A stretch of 63,771 nucleotides of DNA, the filler included, from Folioceros fuciformis (lineage: Eukaryota), in assembly GCA_049999805.1 (NCBI GenBank). It is 5 parts of 5 records of this genome, joined end to end, with 100 filler letters (N's around TTAATTAATTAA, not from the genome) between each part and the next. Parts side by side here need not be neighbours in the genome. Positions count along the whole stretch, not along the records: positions 59,618 to 62,526 come from JBNGIO010006292.1; positions 62,627 to 63,771 come from JBNGIO010006357.1; 3 more parts are not named here. One strand, given 5' to 3'. The position numbers and the translations under genes are program-made. This document shows, in pieces, positions 59,618 to 63,771 of this stretch; position 1 is the first letter of the stretch; every line of letters starts with the position of its first letter. Under the pieces are notes generated by a model, which did no database searches, was not told where the DNA came from, and was given only the letters and a program-made list of their open reading frames with translations.

Positions 59618-62526
59618 AGACATGTTGTCACATAAAATTGAGGTAGGTGCCTGCTGTGTCTGCCCTAAGTCATGCAGAAATGTTCTTTCCCATTCTGCCT
59701 CCTTTGAAGCATCCGTTAGAGACTTATACTCCGCTTCTGTTGATGACAGGGCGATTGAAGACTGCTTTTTGCATGACCAGTTCACGGCTGATGAAGAGAG
59801 CAGGAAGCAATAAGTCGAGAGGCTTTTCCTGGAGTCACTATCTGACGCCCAGTCGGCGTCTGTGAAGCCAGAAAGCGTAAGTTTTCCCTGCCCAGTCTTT
59901 CTGTAGAACAGGCCATATGTGTGGGTACCCTTCAGGTACCTAAATATCCTCTTAACAGCGCTCCAGTGGGTCCTGCCAGGTTTCTCCAAGAACTGTGACA
60001 CTGTACTCACCGAATACTGAATATCAGGCCTTGTCCAGTTTGCAACAAAGATCAGACTACCCACAGCATGCCTGTAGGGTACATCACGCATGTCCTGGAC
60101 CTCTTCTGGAGTCTGCGGGCACTGAAAACTGGTAAGTTTAACTCCCGTTGAGTAAGGAGTAGATGCAGGCCTTGCCTCATCAAGTTTAAACTTTCGCAGG
60201 ATGTCCTTGATGTACTTGTGTTGATGCACAATAATCAGGCCTTCCTCATGCACCCTTAGGATCTGAACCCCAAGGCAATATTTAAGTTCTCCTATATCTT
60301 TCATTTCAAACTTTGAGCTCAGCATGTGTTTAACTTCAGCTAACAGAGATGAGCTGTTTGTTGCGAGGATGACGTCGTCTACATACAACGCCAACACCAC
60401 AAAGTCCTGACCTCTGCTCAGCCTGTACACATTTGAGTCGGCAGTGCTCTGGACGAAGGAGATACTGATCAGGTAAATGTGCATCGTTATGTACCAAACC
60501 CTGCCACTCTGCTTCAACCCATAGATGCATTTTAGCAGCTTTAGGACTTTGGTAGGATGTTTAGGATCCTCATATCCCTCTGGCTGCATCATGTACAGGT
60601 CCTCGTCGAGGGCACCATAGAGGAAGGCCGTGCAAACGTCCATTTGTTGTAAGTCCAGGTCCAACTCTGCTGCAAGGGCAAGGATGATCCGAATCGACTG
60701 TGAGCGAACCACAGGAGAAAAGGTCTCCTGGTAGTCCAAGCCTTCAATCTGGGTAAATCCCCTGGCCACAAGCCGTGCTTTGTAACGAGCTATTTCTCCT
60801 TTTGCATTCAATTTTAACTTAAAAACCCACTTGCAGGAGATGGGTTTGCGTCCAGGGGGCAGATCGACAAGTTCCCAAGTCTTATTCTTAATTAAGGACT
60901 GGTACTCGTCCTCCACTGCGATCTGCCACTTGGAAGCATCAGGCCCGCGCATAGCCTGCTTGTATGAGCCAGGTTCCTCAGCAGGAAGGGTGTCAACAGT
61001 TGCCCCATAGACAGCGGAAGACGTCCTAAAATCCACAGACTGATAGGGAGGCTCACGCCATTGGTCAGGAGGGGGCCTGTGCCTAGTGGAACGCCTGAGT
61101 TCCGGGGCGGGCATAACAGGATCAGCCTGTAGAACAGCCGGGTCAAGCACATGGTCAAAAACATCCGGGTCTGCAGCTGCATCCACAGGTTGATTTCCAG
61201 CCTCAGCATCATCCAGGTAAGGATCCTCCACTGAATCTGCATCGCCATCAATACTAGCTGCATCGTTATCTAACTGATCAGCAGCAGGTGGTGCAGGGTA
61301 AGCTGGAGCCTGTGGGGCAGCAGCATCGAGTGGGTCAGCATCATCCGAGGGAAAGGTAACAGTGTCTGTATCCATGTCCTCGTCCAGTGAGACTCCCTCT
61401 GAAGGGGCAGCAGCATGAGATGGGCCAGCTATAGACTCCACAAAAGTAACACTACGGGCTAACACCAGTGCTCTTGTTTCAGGATCATATAACTTGTACG
61501 CTTTTACATGCTCGCTGTAGCCAACGAAGATGAGGCTGCGTGCTCGGTTATCTAACTTCTTCCTCTTGTCAGCAGGAATATAGGCAAAAGCCTTGGAGCC
61601 GAACACCCGTAAATGAAGTAAACTCGGCTTCCTGTGCCAGAATACTTCAAAAGGGGTTTTCCCTTTAATCGAGCTGGTGAGCACCCTGTTCAGTATATAT
61701 GTGGCTGCGACAACAGCCTCTGCCCAGTATTCTTGAGGCAAACCTGCCCACAGCAACATACTCCTGGTCATTCCCAGCAAGGTCTGATTTTTGCGTTCAG
61801 CCACGCCATTTTGTTGTTGAGTATACGGCACAATCAACTGCCTGCTAATACCCTGCTCAGATAAGTATTCATCAAAAGCTTGGTTGACGAATTCTGTTCC
61901 GTTATCGCTTCTGAGAACTTTGAGCAAGCATCCAGATTGACGTTGAGCCATGGGTAGCCAGTCCTGAAAATAACTCAAGGTCTCGCTTTTCAGGTGCATG
62001 GGATACGTCCAGGAATAGCGGCTGAAATCATCTGTCAATGTCAAGTAATATAAAGCACCCCCTAGGGAAGGGGTGTGTATCTTCCCGGAAATATCAGCAT
62101 GCACAAGCTCTAAGACTTTGGTAGCTCTATGTGCAGTTTTGGGAAATGGGAGTTCCTTTTGTTTGGCGAGAATACAGGACTCGCAAATGGGCAAGTCTTT
62201 AAAACAACTGGGTAAAGGTTCCCTATGACACCCAAGACTAGACATGTCTATGAGTTTATGTCTGTTGGCATGCCCTAACCTGGCGTGCCATAACGTGGCT
62301 AACTCACTGGCTTTCATGTTGACAGTAAAGGCAGCATGCTGAACTGACCTCGGAGTGCAACGTATCTCCAACTTATACAAGTCATGATCTAGGACGCCTC
62401 TGAATGCGCAGACATTGGGAGACGACTTCCTGTAGAAGCAGCAAGCATCATCAATTACACGTATCTCATACGTGCGCATCTGCATGATCTTACTCATCGA
62501 AAGGAGGTTCTTCGCCATGTCTGGTA
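59618..62526 (-). mobile_element. Ty1/Copia family F pol (GAG-pre-integrase, integrase, RT, RNase H), uninterrupted across the contig
   Basis: Open ~970-codon frame: LWHARLGH, VHADISG, LRSDNGTEF, QQNGVAERKN, RYKARLVARGF, QMDVCTAFL, LALYVDD, GFTDADWA, SSTEAEY. Both ends lie in gaps. Confidence 0.95.
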
Positions 62527-63771
62527 NNNNNNNNNNNNNNNNNNNNNNNNNNNNNNNNNNNNNNNNNNNNTTAATTAATTAANNNNNNNNNNNNNNNNNN
62601 NNNNNNNNNNNNNNNNNNNNNNNNNNCAAAGGCACCAATTCCATTACTTCCACCAAGACATGTTACGCAACTATGTTGCTAAGAGCAGCCATTGATATTG
62701 TTGTCCCGGATGGAAGTGCGCAAGCCATTGCACGTCTCCACAGAGCCGCCGGCCTGGATTTCGCAGCATCGATGGGAATTCAATTTGAGCTACTGGAGCC
62801 GTTGCAATGCATGTATCCTGAAACTGCTCCCAGAAGTTATGAGCTGCAAGAAGACGGAATCTGCGCATTGAGAAGGAAAACATTCGCGGCAGATCTTAAC
62901 AACATTGAGATGCAGATCTAATTTACATCTGCATCAACATTCGGGGCAACGATGCACTTGGGGATGGCCATGATGCCATTCAGTGTCACTAACATTTCAT
63001 CACAGTATCATGTTATGCTGTGATACGCCTTTTGTCCAACCTTCCTGTGTACATTGAGAATTTGCGAAAAAGGCCATCTGAAGACCTTCGAGAACATTTG
63101 CGAACAACGTCGTCTACAGACCTTGCAAGTCAGTGACCATGCTATGGACTGGAGAAGAGAGTCTGGCGCCGTGTCTGCAAGGAATTCCTCAATCCTAGCT
63201 TATTGGTGGCGATGAGAACTAGATCATCAACAAAGAGCAATTATGATATGTTGTGATCCCCTCAATCAGCAGTGTGCGTGCCCTGCATCTNNNNNNNNNN
63301 ATTGCCTCTGGCTGACAAGCCTTGGAGGTATAACTTCCTTGCATTCAGCCCTACAGAGGGCCATCTGGACGACCTTGACGAGTTCGCATGTGCAGCCCCA
63401 ACACCATGTACACCCGGACGGAGTATGTGGAGCGTGCTGCAGCGGAAGCTAGTGAATTCACACGTGTTGTCCATTGCAGTAGACAGGAACGACTGTAGAA
63501 GCATCGGGGTTACCGCTTTTTCCTCTTTATAGGGACGGAGTATTACCCGTGGTACCAACATCTTGAAGCTTTGCATAGCGGGGACGGCCGTGCTCGGTAC
63601 AGCTTGGGAGTGGATCTTCGCCAATGGTTACGATATGTTTTAGCCAAAGGGTGCTCAGGACATTTCTGTTTTTAGCCAAGGTTGTCCTAATGATTAAAAG
63701 GCTGCCTGAAAAACATGCCTTGTATCCCGCTGTGTGCAAATTCGCAGGCTCCAGCACATGGTGACAGCCGT

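Overview
Eukaryotic land-plant nuclear DNA, most likely a hornwort or another U-to-C-editing seed-free plant (inferred from WW-type and KPAxA-type PPR editing domains plus very short introns). The first ~12 kb is gene-bearing: a 29-repeat PLS-class PPR editing factor with a truncated WW-type DYW domain, a tail-to-tail antisense relic of a KP-type (U-to-C class) PPR-DYW gene, an intronless NF-YB gene and a 5-exon Alfin-like PHD gene. From ~19 kb onward the window is a nest of LTR retrotransposons. It holds about six Ty1/Copia families (labelled A-F here), two of them full-length with TSDs, plus Athila-like Gypsy fragments, a solo LTR, chimeric duplicated blocks, minisatellites and a 5'-truncated F-box/kelch gene. 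The contig 39130-59517 has ends that abut in sequence, suggesting a circular or tandem 20.4-kb unit. Several gaps contain an artificial TTAATTAATTAA linker.
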